DNA from: a virus
Lineage: Duplodnaviria; Caudoviricetes
Length of the DNA stretch: 27,991 nucleotides
Reading direction: 5' to 3' (one strand)
IMG/VR virus record: IMGVR_UViG_3300015370_000040
Span: 1 to 27,991 of that record
The notes beneath the pieces are model-generated. The model was given only the letters and a program-made list of their open reading frames with translations, was not told where the DNA came from and did not search any database. Positions 7,826 through 15,665 of the stretch are shown here, piece by piece (position 1 is the first letter of the stretch; each line of letters begins with the position of its first letter). Made by a program: the position numbers and the translations under genes.

Positions 7826-8566
7826 TTATTTGTCCCCAAACAGCGCCTGCGGCTCCGGCTTGCGTACCTCGGCCTTGAATAGCTTGGGCTGCTTGTAGGC
7901 TTCTTCTATGCGGCGGCAGGCTATGTCAAAATAGTGACTGTTTAATTCAATACCTATGGCTTTTCTACCGCACCTGATGGCCGCCTCTAAAGTCGTGCCG
8001 CTTCCCATGTGTGAATCCAAAACAACCCCGCCCGGCTTCGTACAAATCTCTATTATTTCTTGCATGAGTTCCGGCGGTTTTTGCACTGGGTGCTCCCTGT
8101 TTGACGAAAGCGTGGGGGCATACGAAAGGATGTCTCCGTGAGCCTTTCCGTCGCTTTTTGCGTAAGCCCCGGCGTTGGATGCCCAAAGAATTAACTCGTA
8201 CTGATGACGAAACACCTTACCCAGCCCTATCCTGGTTTTGTCCCACACCAGCGCGGCGGTAAAATCCCACAGGCCATAGGCCCCCGGATAAAAAACCGGA
8301 TAGCTTTCATCGTTGCAAAACACAAAAAGATGGCCTGCGTCGTCAATAATGCGTTTAAAAACCTCGGCTAGGTCGAAAAAATACTGGCCAAGTATGCTCA
8401 GGTCAGCATAAGAGCGCCCCCATGAAATTCTGCTTTGGTAGTGGGAGGCCGGGGCAAAAAAAGGCGGGTCCGTCACCACGGCGTCCACCTTGCCCATCTC
8501 GGGCAGGATTTCCAGGCAGTCGCCAAGGTAGAGCGTGCAATCGCCTATTTGTTCAACCCTGCTCAT
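7826..8566 (-). CDS. Orphan DNA methyltransferase (N6-A/N4-C, beta class)
   Basis: LYLGDCLE, VVTDPPF (motif IV), HPVQKP and VLDSHMGSGTT (motif I), in beta order. Confidence 0.9.
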   Translation of the reverse strand: MSRVEQIGDCTLYLGDCLEILPEMGKVDAVVTDPPFFAPASHYQSRISWGRSYADLSILGQYFFDLAEVFKRIIDDAGHLFVFCNDESYPVFYPGAYGLWDFTAALVWDKTRIGLGKVFRHQYELILWASNAGAYAKSDGKAHGDILSYAPTLSSNREHPVQKPPELMQEIIEICTKPGGVVLDSHMGSGTTLEAAIRCGRKAIGIELNSHYFDIACRRIEEAYKQPKLFKAEVRKPEPQALFGDK

Positions 8567-8781
8567 TCCCCGCCCATCACATTCACGGTCACGGTGACCC
8601 CGTTGAGGTTGACCGGCACCCGCACCGTTTTTGTGCCTATCGTGAACCTGGGGCCCGCTGACGCCGCCCTGTCCACCAGCTCGTTATACCGCCGGTCGGC
8701 CTCTCTACGCGCCGCCTCCAGCCGCCTGATGTACTCCTGCGCCCACAGGGGTAGGCTGTTGATGTTGCCGGTGTGCTTCAT
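8563..8781 (-). CDS. Hypothetical protein
   Basis: 72 aa ORF with ATGA overlaps on both sides. Confidence 0.6.
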   Translation of the reverse strand: MKHTGNINSLPLWAQEYIRRLEAARREADRRYNELVDRAASAGPRFTIGTKTVRVPVNLNGVTVTVNVMGGE

Positions 8782-8981
8782 CTCGCCCTCACAATCCTTT
8801 TAGCGTCCGCGCAGGGTCGCGAACCGCAGTTAACCAGGCTCGGGCAGCCCACGCAGCACCGCCGCCGCGATCCGCCGGGCTCGAGTGGTATGCGGCACGG
8901 CTTGGGGATCGGCTTGTAGCCCATGCGCCGGTTGGCCGGGCCACGGCTGCACGAGCCGTTGTGGTAGTCGGGGCAGATCAT
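8778..8981 (-). CDS. Cys-rich hypothetical protein
   Basis: 67 aa with 8 Cys (CCVGC...C...C), ATGA-coupled. Confidence 0.55.
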   Translation of the reverse strand: MICPDYHNGSCSRGPANRRMGYKPIPKPCRIPLEPGGSRRRCCVGCPSLVNCGSRPCADAKRIVRAR

Positions 8982-9274
8982 TCCAGCACACCCTCCACCA
9001 GCAACCCTAGTTCCATTTTGTTTTTCATTAATAGCCTGGCGTCTTCACAGCGGTGGGTGGGGTGTGGGCACCTAGACAGCAACGGACAATACCAGCAGCA
9101 TATACGCTTGCTGACCTCCCATGTTCCCGCCTCGGCGGTGCATGTTTTTGGTAGGTTTCGATTTTCCCGAAAACCCTTGTCTATGCCCTCGATTTTAAAC
9201 CGGCTACATTCTCCATGACGCCCCGGCCCCACTTTCCAGACATGGATGCAGCGCACTTTTTTTCTGCCAGGCAT
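8978..9274 (-). CDS. Cys-rich hypothetical protein
   Basis: 98 aa with a CCWYC...C...C motif similar to that of the downstream gene. GGAGG RBS. Confidence 0.55.
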   Translation of the reverse strand: MPGRKKVRCIHVWKVGPGRHGECSRFKIEGIDKGFRENRNLPKTCTAEAGTWEVSKRICCWYCPLLSRCPHPTHRCEDARLLMKNKMELGLLVEGVLE

Positions 9275-9276
9275 GC

Positions 9277-9666
9277 TTACCCCTCCACCACCACAACCGC
9301 GCCGACTTTACCGGCGGCTACTTGTTTGTAGTTCGCCCGGCCATTGACCAGGTATTCCGGTGCATCATCCACAATTAAACCCAGGCCTTTAAGGCAATCC
9401 ATCAGCGGCTTACATCCAGCCCTTAGATTGTCGTCGTCCATGAAGTGCGACCGCTGTCGTTGGTAAATCGTGATGGAAACATGCGCCGGGTTTATCGCTA
9501 CTACCTGGCCTTTGTGCTGCTCCCGTAGCGATGCCCAAAGCTCTTGAAGTATGCCACCGGGCCGCTTCTTTGTGCCCACTCGGTAGCGTTGGCGCTTCAT
9601 GTAGTGCCACCCCAGGTACTCGTTCAGGCTGGGGACCTTGGTGGCCATGTGTAGTTCGTAGCGCAA
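9277..9666 (-). CDS. RusA-like Holliday junction resolvase
   Basis: PSLNEY and DDDNLRAGCKPLMDCLKGLGLIVDD (D.DN..K...D.L......DD signature). TTG start at 9666 chosen from the GGAG RBS; the ORF is open to 9720. Confidence 0.8.
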   Translation of the reverse strand: MRYELHMATKVPSLNEYLGWHYMKRQRYRVGTKKRPGGILQELWASLREQHKGQVVAINPAHVSITIYQRQRSHFMDDDNLRAGCKPLMDCLKGLGLIVDDAPEYLVNGRANYKQVAAGKVGAVVVVEG

Positions 9667-9668
9667 TT

Positions 9669-10031
9669 TTAAACAAACTCCATCGGCGGCATCGGAATAT
9701 CTTTTAGTTGAGGCCGCCATAAGTGTAGGCAGTAATTGTGCTGGTTGATGTGATCCCTTGGGGGGACATGAAGCTGTATTGCCACCTCGTCATCCTTGAA
9801 AAACATTCTTTTGACGTGATCCATCTCGGGCCAATTTGGACAGCGATTCTTGCGGCTAACGCTGACATGATCCCATCCCTCGCCGGATGACGCCACTACC
9901 TTCATTGGAGCGCCGTCTATCGGGCTGGGAACAACGAACATTCCGCACGTTTCGTCCCCTAGCCACCCCCAATGCCTACTTACTTCAGGTGTGGTAAGGC
10001 GGAAACTGTTTAGCTCGTATAGGTTTCTCAA
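9669..10031 (-). CDS. Conserved phage protein of unknown function (WxHVSVS...HLWRP family)
   Basis: GWDHVSVSRKNRCPNWPEMDHVKRMFF...QLHVP...NQHNYCLHLWRP. TTG start at 10031 after AGGAG. Confidence 0.7.
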   Translation of the reverse strand: MRNLYELNSFRLTTPEVSRHWGWLGDETCGMFVVPSPIDGAPMKVVASSGEGWDHVSVSRKNRCPNWPEMDHVKRMFFKDDEVAIQLHVPPRDHINQHNYCLHLWRPQLKDIPMPPMEFV

Positions 10032-10093
10032 TCTCCTCTCCCTTCCCCTCATCCGCACCGTATCGGTGGACCCGGCGAACCGGGTTTCGGGGG

Positions 10094-10285
10094 TTAATTG
10101 TCGTTTTCGTTTCTGACCCGCCCCAGGCTGTAATAGGGCACGGCTTGAAAGCCACCCCGGTCTTTGTGGACACGCCCTACGTCGAGCAAAATCCAACCCT
10201 TGCGCAGAAGCTCATTGGCCTCACCGGCTCCGTACACTTCCCTAACCTCGCAAATGTCTCCACTCTTAGAGATATCCAACGCCAT
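10094..10285 (-). CDS. Hypothetical protein
   Basis: 63 aa, AAGGAG RBS, 'ANELLRKGWILL' motif. Confidence 0.65.
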   Translation of the reverse strand: MALDISKSGDICEVREVYGAGEANELLRKGWILLDVGRVHKDRGGFQAVPYYSLGRVRNENDN

Positions 10286-10298
10286 TCTCCTTTCATTA

Positions 10299-10373
10299 AG
10301 CCCCGGAGGGTGAGGCCCACGCCGCGAGGGGGGATCGTGGCGGGCTACTAAGTGGCTCCCACCGTCCGGGGCT
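10299..10373. other. Structured intergenic element (long stem with inner hairpins)
   Basis: AGCCCCGGA (10299-10307) / TCCGGGGCT (10365-10373) enclosing GGTG/CACC and CGCCGCGA/TCGTGGCG. Confidence 0.5.
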
Positions 10374-10378
10374 AGGGT

Positions 10379-10675
10379 TTACTTTTCGGTCACGGGCTCG
10401 TAGGTCTGCTCAAAGATGTCGGGCTTGCAAGGATATAGTTCGCCTTGAACCCCCTGGATGATGTAGTCACCGGGTGAAGCGATGTGGTCGCCCTCTAAGG
10501 TTTTGATTACAAGGGGGTCTGTCCCGTTGGTTGAGTGCGCCGTGCCCTCGGCGAACGCCTCCCATAGCCACTCAGGCACCTCCCCCCGCACGTCTCCCGG
10601 AAGGGCTTCCAGATTACCCTTCCCGGCGTACTTAACCGCCTCGATCACTACCGGCTTCTTGCAATACTTGGCCAC
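10379..10675 (-). CDS. Conserved phage protein (KKPVVIEA...PGDYII...YPCKPDIF, PGDYG-like)
   Basis: Widely conserved phage motif set KKPVVIEAV, IKTLEG, PGDYIIQGVQGELYPCKPDIFEQTYE. Confidence 0.8.
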   Translation of the reverse strand: MAKYCKKPVVIEAVKYAGKGNLEALPGDVRGEVPEWLWEAFAEGTAHSTNGTDPLVIKTLEGDHIASPGDYIIQGVQGELYPCKPDIFEQTYEPVTEK

Positions 10676-11532
10676 TACTTCTCCTTCTTTCCCTTGAGCG
10701 GCAGCTCGCCGTCGCCCTGCTCGTCCTTGGCGGCCTTGGTGCGGTGGGCCAGGAATGAACTGGCGAAGCCGTCAACGTTGGCCAGGGCCTGCTCCAGCAG
10801 CTTGGTCATGGTGGCCCCGGCGTTTTCGGCGCACAGTTCGGCGTATTCCTTCACGGCGGCCTGCTCCACGTCCTCCTTGAGCACGTCGCGCACGGCGGTG
10901 GTCAGGTCTTCCAGCAGGTCGTCCTCGCTGATCACCGGCTCGGCCAGGGCCTCGGTGCTCACCGGCTCGGCGGGCTCCCACTCGGCATCCACTGGCATGT
11001 CCTGGGCCTCCTCGGCGATGCGCACCCCCTTGAGCACGTCGGGGAACAGGTCGCGCAGGGCCCAGGACCGGGCCCGCATCTGCATCATGCGCTTGGGGTA
11101 CTGGCTCCAGGGGCCAGTCTTGCCAAAAAGCCCCGCCAGCTTGGCGTCTTCCAGGCTGAACTCGCGCACCACGGGCTTGGGGCGCCCCTTGCGCCTGGCC
11201 GTGCAGGTGGCCTTGAGGTCGTTGCCCTTGATGCTGCCGGTGATCTGCTCGTCGAAGTCCTCCAGGTATCCGCTGCCCTGGATCAGGGCCAGAGCGGCGT
11301 CACCCCATACGCTGGGACGGCCGTTGATCACGGCCACGTTCTGGACCGCCTGCATGGGCCCCAGGCCAATCTCCAGGCCCATTTGAATGGCCACAAATAC
11401 TGCCTCGGGCTTTTCCAGGCCCTTGGGCATCAGGCCGGACGCGGCGAAGTACTTCGACACTTCCTTGAGGTCTTCGATGGTTCGGAGCACCACGCCCCGC
11501 TGGACCTCCATCACTTCCATTTTCTCTCCCAT
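10675..11532 (-). CDS. RecT/Redbeta-like single-strand annealing protein
   Basis: AIQMGLEIGLGPMQAVQNVAVINGRPSVWGD and WSQYPKRMMQMRARSWALRDLFPDVLKG, in an operon with an exonuclease. Confidence 0.85.
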   Translation of the reverse strand: MGEKMEVMEVQRGVVLRTIEDLKEVSKYFAASGLMPKGLEKPEAVFVAIQMGLEIGLGPMQAVQNVAVINGRPSVWGDAALALIQGSGYLEDFDEQITGSIKGNDLKATCTARRKGRPKPVVREFSLEDAKLAGLFGKTGPWSQYPKRMMQMRARSWALRDLFPDVLKGVRIAEEAQDMPVDAEWEPAEPVSTEALAEPVISEDDLLEDLTTAVRDVLKEDVEQAAVKEYAELCAENAGATMTKLLEQALANVDGFASSFLAHRTKAAKDEQGDGELPLKGKKEK

Positions 11533-11544
11533 GCCTTCTCCTTT

Positions 11545-12258
11545 TCAAACTCGCAGGTTGACTTGGTTTTCCTCGTAAATCCGTACGCCGGGAATCTTCC
11601 GAATCCCGCCCTTGACCGCCTCGCGGATTAGCTTGTCGCTGGGCTCGCAGTATTCGCGGGGCACCTCGGTTTCGTCGATCACCTCGAACTTCCACACCTT
11701 TTTGATGCTGCTGGTCCCGGCCTCGGTGCGGGTGACGCTGGCCGGCGGGGGCGCAGTGGGCACCTCGACCCGGACCGGCTCCACGTTGGCGGCCTTGGCC
11801 TCGGCGTCCAGCCGGGCCTGGGCCTCGCGGGCGGCCTTCTCGGCGGCGGCCTGGGCCTTGCGGCGCTCCATCTCCAGGCGGGCCTGGTACTGGCCGATCT
11901 TGCCCTTGAGCACCCGCTCGGTGTCGTCCAGGGGACCGATGAAGGTCTTGAATAGGTTGTTCACCGCCTTCACGTAGCCGTTGGGCTCGCCAACCAGCTC
12001 CTTGCGCTTGTCCTCCAGGCGCTTGGACACCTTCTTGGCTCGGCTGGCTAGGGCCACGGCCTGCTCGTTGGCATCCGGGCTGTCCACCTCCAGGGCCTCG
12101 GCTTCCGCCTGCACGGCCTTGATCTTGGCATCGTAGGTTTCCACCAGGGCCGCCTTGGTGCGCTGGACCATGGCCGGGTAGTCGGGCCTGGCCAGGGCGG
12201 TTTCGGGCTCCACCACCTCGGGCTCGGGTTGGCCGAACAGGTGCGCTGTGTTGCTCAT
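11545..12258 (-). CDS. Coiled-coil recombination-module protein (Gp157/Gam-like C-terminus)
   Basis: Long coiled coil followed by WKFEVIDETEVPREYCEPSDKLIREAVKGGIRKIPGVRIYEE. Lies between the exonuclease and recT. Confidence 0.6.
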   Translation of the reverse strand: MSNTAHLFGQPEPEVVEPETALARPDYPAMVQRTKAALVETYDAKIKAVQAEAEALEVDSPDANEQAVALASRAKKVSKRLEDKRKELVGEPNGYVKAVNNLFKTFIGPLDDTERVLKGKIGQYQARLEMERRKAQAAAEKAAREAQARLDAEAKAANVEPVRVEVPTAPPPASVTRTEAGTSSIKKVWKFEVIDETEVPREYCEPSDKLIREAVKGGIRKIPGVRIYEENQVNLRV

Positions 12259-12271
12259 TTTTCTCCCTTCC

Positions 12272-12811
12272 TCACTCATTGAAATATCGCCACGCTTGCA
12301 CGGCCTGAATCAGTGCGTTGAGGTCCACCGTATCCAGGCCGTAGTCATCGAAAATCGGCATGCCGCCCTTGGGCTTGAGCCGCAGGCTGGCCACGCGCCC
12401 AATGGGGCCGTAGCCGTTGGACTCGCACAGGTGCCAATATCCGGCGAGCTGCGCCCTCCAGGCCTTTAGCTTGGCCGCCGGCGTCTTTAGGTCGATCAGG
12501 GTCAACTTGGTGTCACCCTTGACCTTGCAAAGCAGGTCCGGGTGTCCCCTGAAGCCCAAACCCTCGTCAATCAGCTCCTTCTCGCACCAGGCCACCTCCG
12601 CCACCGCCAGGTCGAACCACTTGACAAAGCTGTCCAGGTAGCCCTGCTCATCGGCGGGGAGGGGGGGACACCAGAGCCCTAGAGCGTGCGCGGTGCAAGC
12701 TGAGTGGACTCTGGTGCCCCTGGCGGCAGCGAGTTGGAGGGTGATCGGCGGGACCATTGAAAAATCGGCAAAGCCGCTGATTGCCTGGGTGACGGAGGGG
12801 TAGCTAGGCAT
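12272..12811 (-). CDS. PD-(D/E)XK (Cas4/RecB-like) exonuclease
   Basis: PSVTQ, RGTRVH, E..L, GHPDL, IDLKT, QLAGY. Start ATG 12811 with GAGGAG RBS. Confidence 0.85.
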   Translation of the reverse strand: MPSYPSVTQAISGFADFSMVPPITLQLAAARGTRVHSACTAHALGLWCPPLPADEQGYLDSFVKWFDLAVAEVAWCEKELIDEGLGFRGHPDLLCKVKGDTKLTLIDLKTPAAKLKAWRAQLAGYWHLCESNGYGPIGRVASLRLKPKGGMPIFDDYGLDTVDLNALIQAVQAWRYFNE

Positions 12812-12953
12812 CCGCCTGCTCCTCATCCTCAGTCCCCGGCCCCTCTGGCTCATGCACCCCGTAGGGGTCGGGCATGTGCCGGTGGCAAAAAAGCCCACGG
12901 CCCCAGGTGTGGCGGTCGCAGATAATGCAGCGGCTGTCAATATCTCCCGACAT
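12804..12953 (-). CDS. Small Zn-finger-like protein (49 aa, not in the ORF track)
   Basis: MSGDIDSRCIICDRHTWGRGLFCHRHMPDPYGVHEPEGPGTEDEEQADA, TGATG-coupled to the upstream stop. Confidence 0.6.
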   Translation of the reverse strand: MSGDIDSRCIICDRHTWGRGLFCHRHMPDPYGVHEPEGPGTEDEEQADA

Positions 12954-13063
12954 CACGCCTCCCCTTCTTCCGCCAGCGCCTTTTCCACGTCCACCAGCCG
13001 GGCTCCCTTGTAGGTCTCAGCCAGGCGGCGGATGGTTTCCAGATCGGTGAAGATGATGCTCAT
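12953..13063 (-). CDS. Small hypothetical protein (36 aa)
   Basis: MSIIFTDLETIRRLAETYKGARLVDVEKALAEEGEA, TAATG-coupled. Confidence 0.55.
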   Translation of the reverse strand: MSIIFTDLETIRRLAETYKGARLVDVEKALAEEGEA

Positions 13064-13401
13064 TATGCCGCTTCCTTCCAAGCGAAGCCCTGGCAGTTGC
13101 GGGCTGACTTTTTGCGGCGCACCGGGCGATTGAACAGGGCACACTTGGCCTCGCCGTACTGGCCGCATCGGCAGCACATGGCTCCCCGCCTGCCGGGACG
13201 GTTCGTTGCGCCCTTCTCGATCCGCAGATACCGCTTGGTAAGCCCGGCGTACTTTTTGCCGAAGCCCGGAGCTGAGCGCTTCGGCCCCTGGACGATCTTG
13301 GAAATCCTGACCATGACATCGGCGGCAGCCGCCACGGCAGCGGCAAAAGTTAGCCCGGCCAAAACCTTGCGCTTGGGCCTTTTGTTAATTTCGCTTCTCA
13401 T
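13063..13401 (-). CDS. Basic hypothetical protein with a C-terminal Cys cluster
   Basis: ATGA-coupled, with a CCRC...C...C tail. An internal start at the MCCRC Met is possible. Confidence 0.5.
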   Translation of the reverse strand: MRSEINKRPKRKVLAGLTFAAAVAAAADVMVRISKIVQGPKRSAPGFGKKYAGLTKRYLRIEKGATNRPGRRGAMCCRCGQYGEAKCALFNRPVRRKKSARNCQGFAWKEAA

Positions 13402-13583
13402 TCTCTCCCCTCCAATTTCCTGTATTCGTGTTTCGCCTGCTCGCGGTTGGCCGCCATGACCACCCTGGGGCGGCGCTCCATAATCACGTTGCGGCTGGCC
13501 CGCTCGGCGTGAAAATATGTTGGGTGCTCCAAGCTTACGTACAGGTCACCAGGCTCGTCTTTGGCGACCACGTAGTATCTCAC
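13398..13583 (-). CDS. Hypothetical protein
   Basis: 61 aa, GTGA-coupled. Confidence 0.55.
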   Translation of the reverse strand: MRYYVVAKDEPGDLYVSLEHPTYFHAERASRNVIMERRPRVVMAANREQAKHEYRKLEGRE

Positions 13584-13906
13584 TTGTGTTGCTCCAGAAC
13601 GTCAGCCACCTTGAGTAGGTGGGCGGAAAGCTCGCGGAGGCTGTCGTAGTACCAAGAGTAGCCCCAGCCATCGCAAGGCTGGCGGAATTTAACAAAGGAG
13701 CCATCTGCCCTAAACTCAATCTTGGCACTACCAGATGACTTGAACCTTAGTTCGTCCAGCTCCTCCTGCAACGTCTTCTCCTTCACCACGCACTCGGCGC
13801 GGAGGTCTTTGAGGGGCTCAATCCCCAGCCCGAGTGACCCCAGAGAATCGCCAAGGGTAATTGCCTTGTCCAACGCCGCCATCATCTTTTTATCTATCTC
13901 GATCAT
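13580..13906 (-). CDS. Hypothetical protein
   Basis: Start MIEIDKK at 13906 with AAGGAG RBS. Confidence 0.6.
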   Translation of the reverse strand: MIEIDKKMMAALDKAITLGDSLGSLGLGIEPLKDLRAECVVKEKTLQEELDELRFKSSGSAKIEFRADGSFVKFRQPCDGWGYSWYYDSLRELSAHLLKVADVLEQHK

Positions 13907-14051
13907 TTCGCGCTCCTTTCCGGTTTCTCGCGCATCGCTTGCACGGGTAATCTCCCCTTTTCGTCTTGGCCTCGCACACGCACGGAGTAGTGAAGTGCCC
14001 ACGGGGGCCGCACCAAATCGGCGTGGGCTTGGTAGCGACGTTGCTACTCAT
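13890..14051 (-). CDS. Small Cys-containing hypothetical protein
   Basis: MSSNVATKPTPIWCGPRGHFTTPCVCEAKTKRGDYPCKRC..., ATGA-coupled. Confidence 0.5.
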   Translation of the reverse strand: MSSNVATKPTPIWCGPRGHFTTPCVCEAKTKRGDYPCKRCARNRKGARNDRDR

Positions 14052-14206
14052 CTGCCCGCCTTCTTGTGCCCCCAAATAAGAGCGTTGAGGGCTGCCCCGG
14101 TAGCAGTGAAAGGCGCCCACCCGGCCTTGCCCGCCGCGATGTAATGCAATGTGGAGCAAGTAAGCCACCCGCATAAAAAGGCAGAAATCCCATAACCCTT
14201 ACTCAT
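14048..14206 (-). CDS. Small membrane protein
   Basis: MSKGYGISAFLCGWLTCSTLHYIAAGKAGWAPFTATGAALNALIWGHKK: two hydrophobic segments, AAGGAG RBS. Confidence 0.55.
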   Translation of the reverse strand: MSKGYGISAFLCGWLTCSTLHYIAAGKAGWAPFTATGAALNALIWGHKKAGR

Positions 14207-14232
14207 AAATGCTCCTTTGGTGGGGGCGGACA

Positions 14233-14757
14233 CTACCAGGTCATCCTTACAATCTTGTCGTCCCGTGTCGCCGGCCAAATCTCTCCCGTTTGCGGCTCTA
14301 GCATCCAAAGTTTTTTGTTCCCATCAATGAAGCAGTTCATGGCGTGGCCGTCTTTGCCACAGATGCCGATTGCCCACCAGGTATCGGCCCCCTGGCGGTT
14401 GGCTTCTTGCAGTGCGTGCGCATAAAACAATGAGGAAATCTGGCCGCAGCGGAAGGCCGGGTAGGTTCTGCTGCTGATTTTGCTTTCCCACCAAATGCGA
14501 GAGGCCTGCGCGGGCTCTACGGTTTTCCATGCGGTTGAGTAGTAGGTTTTGAGTTCTTTGGGCAGCATCATGCCGGTGCCCCTTAAAAGGGCCACTTCTA
14601 TGTCGTCGGGAGATACCCTGGAAACGGGCAACGCATTGGGTATGGCTTTGCCGCCGCACCCCTGCAACAGCCCGATCAAAATCAACAGCGCGCCCAACCC
14701 AATCAGCGGGCCAGCAACTCGCCAGTCGCGGCGGTGAATGTGAGTGGATAGGCTCAT
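14233..14757 (-). CDS. Lipoprotein with a transglutaminase/papain-like Cys-His-Glu domain
   Basis: Signal peptide ending in an LLQG-C lipobox, then FRCGQIS ... GHAMNCF ... LEPQ. Confidence 0.6.
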   Translation of the reverse strand: MSLSTHIHRRDWRVAGPLIGLGALLILIGLLQGCGGKAIPNALPVSRVSPDDIEVALLRGTGMMLPKELKTYYSTAWKTVEPAQASRIWWESKISSRTYPAFRCGQISSLFYAHALQEANRQGADTWWAIGICGKDGHAMNCFIDGNKKLWMLEPQTGEIWPATRDDKIVRMTW

Positions 14758-15095
14758 GACACCGGCTCCATGAACCACACAGGGACGTCAATCTCGTAGG
14801 CCATGCGAAGCTCGCTCGTTATCCCCTCGCTCTCGTCCCACCCCGGCAGCTTTAAAACCACCACCTCGGAGCAAGCCGCGATCATGGCCTCGTCCAGCAC
14901 CCGCCACGCCTCAAAGGCCACGCCCAAGCCGGGCTCATCCTCAAGCATGGGGTGAGAGTGGGCGATGGGTGAAAAGCATGGGCGTCCTTCGGCGTTCAGC
15001 TTCGCCGCCGCCTTGCGGGCCGCCAGGTATCGGGCCTCGCGCACGGCGGGGAACGGCGAGGAATACGGGCTACATAAATAGATAAAGCCGCTCAT
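14754..15095 (-). CDS. DUF1937-like protein (nucleoside 2-deoxyribosyltransferase-like fold)
   Basis: IYLCSPYS, FSPIAHSH, W..LDEAMIAACSEVVVLKLPGWDESEGITSE. Confidence 0.8.
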   Translation of the reverse strand: MSGFIYLCSPYSSPFPAVREARYLAARKAAAKLNAEGRPCFSPIAHSHPMLEDEPGLGVAFEAWRVLDEAMIAACSEVVVLKLPGWDESEGITSELRMAYEIDVPVWFMEPVS

Positions 15096-15247
15096 ATGGC
15101 ATCACCCCCGGAGTCCAATATAATTACTTCCTCATCCTCACAGTCGAGGCAAACCAGCGCAACCATGTCCTGGCTTTTCCCGCAGCACCTAATTTCGCAC
15201 TGGTGGCCAATGTGCCGCCAAAGGTCCGTGTTTTTCATGTTAGTCAT
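15092..15247 (-). CDS. Small Zn-binding hypothetical protein (51 aa, not in the ORF track)
   Basis: MTNMKNTDLWRHIGHQCEIRCCGKSQDMVALVCLDCEDEEVIILDSGGDAI: HxxH...CxxC, ATGA-coupled on both sides. Confidence 0.6.
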   Translation of the reverse strand: MTNMKNTDLWRHIGHQCEIRCCGKSQDMVALVCLDCEDEEVIILDSGGDAI

Positions 15248-15387
15248 TTCCGCCACCCCTTCACCGCGTCAGCGGCCCAGCCCACCAGTCCGCAGAGAAC
15301 CAGCAGGCCGCCGATGACCATAATGGTATTGTCCACCGGCGTGGCGGTGGCCAGGAAATTGTCTATCTGGTCAAAAAAAGCTTTCAT
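15244..15387 (-). CDS. Small single-pass membrane protein (47 aa, not in the ORF track)
   Basis: MKAFFDQIDNFLATATPVDNTIMVIGGLLVLCGLVGWAADAVKGWRK, GAGGT RBS. Confidence 0.6.
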   Translation of the reverse strand: MKAFFDQIDNFLATATPVDNTIMVIGGLLVLCGLVGWAADAVKGWRK

Positions 15388-15389
15388 GG

Positions 15390-15605
15390 CTACACCACCT
15401 CGTGGGCGGCATACTTTGCGCCCATGGGACGATAGCTATCACCCGCCGCCAACCCGCACTTTTTGCACTTCATCTTGGGGATGACGTTTTGGTGGAAGTT
15501 TGCATCATCGTAGCCGCTTCCCCGTTCGGTGTGTCCGCAGTGTTCGCACTCATAGATGGCCCAAAAGTCGCGGCGGTACTGGCTGTCGATCTTCTGAATA
15601 TGCAT
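15390..15605 (-). CDS. Conserved small Zn-finger phage protein
   Basis: RRDFWAIYECEHCG...GYDDANFHQNVIPKMKCKKCG. ATG 15605 after AAGGA. Confidence 0.7.
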   Translation of the reverse strand: MHIQKIDSQYRRDFWAIYECEHCGHTERGSGYDDANFHQNVIPKMKCKKCGLAAGDSYRPMGAKYAAHEVV

Positions 15606-15620
15606 TTTGTTTTTCCTTTT

Positions 15621-15656
15621 GCCGGTGGCGGGAGCAACCACGCCACCCGCCCCGGC
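15621..15656 (-). promoter_or_regulatory. Leader hairpin in the early mRNA; predicted target of the 16369 sRNA
   Basis: Minus strand GCCGGGGCGGGTGGC-GTGGTT-GCTCCCGCCACCGGC. Loop and 5' arm are complementary to 16369-16389. Confidence 0.65.
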
Positions 15657-15665
15657 GGTTAGAGG

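Noticed and set aside
10379-10675. Assignment as a known anti-defence sponge protein
   Set aside because: I recognise the family motif but cannot link it reliably to a characterised function without a search.
12272-12811. Cas4 as a sign of a CRISPR locus
   Set aside because: No array or other cas genes; the context with RecT indicates a recombination exonuclease.
15606-15656. Intrinsic terminator
   Set aside because: On the minus strand the hairpin is followed by A-rich sequence; on the plus strand the T-tract precedes it. It does not fit a terminator either way.
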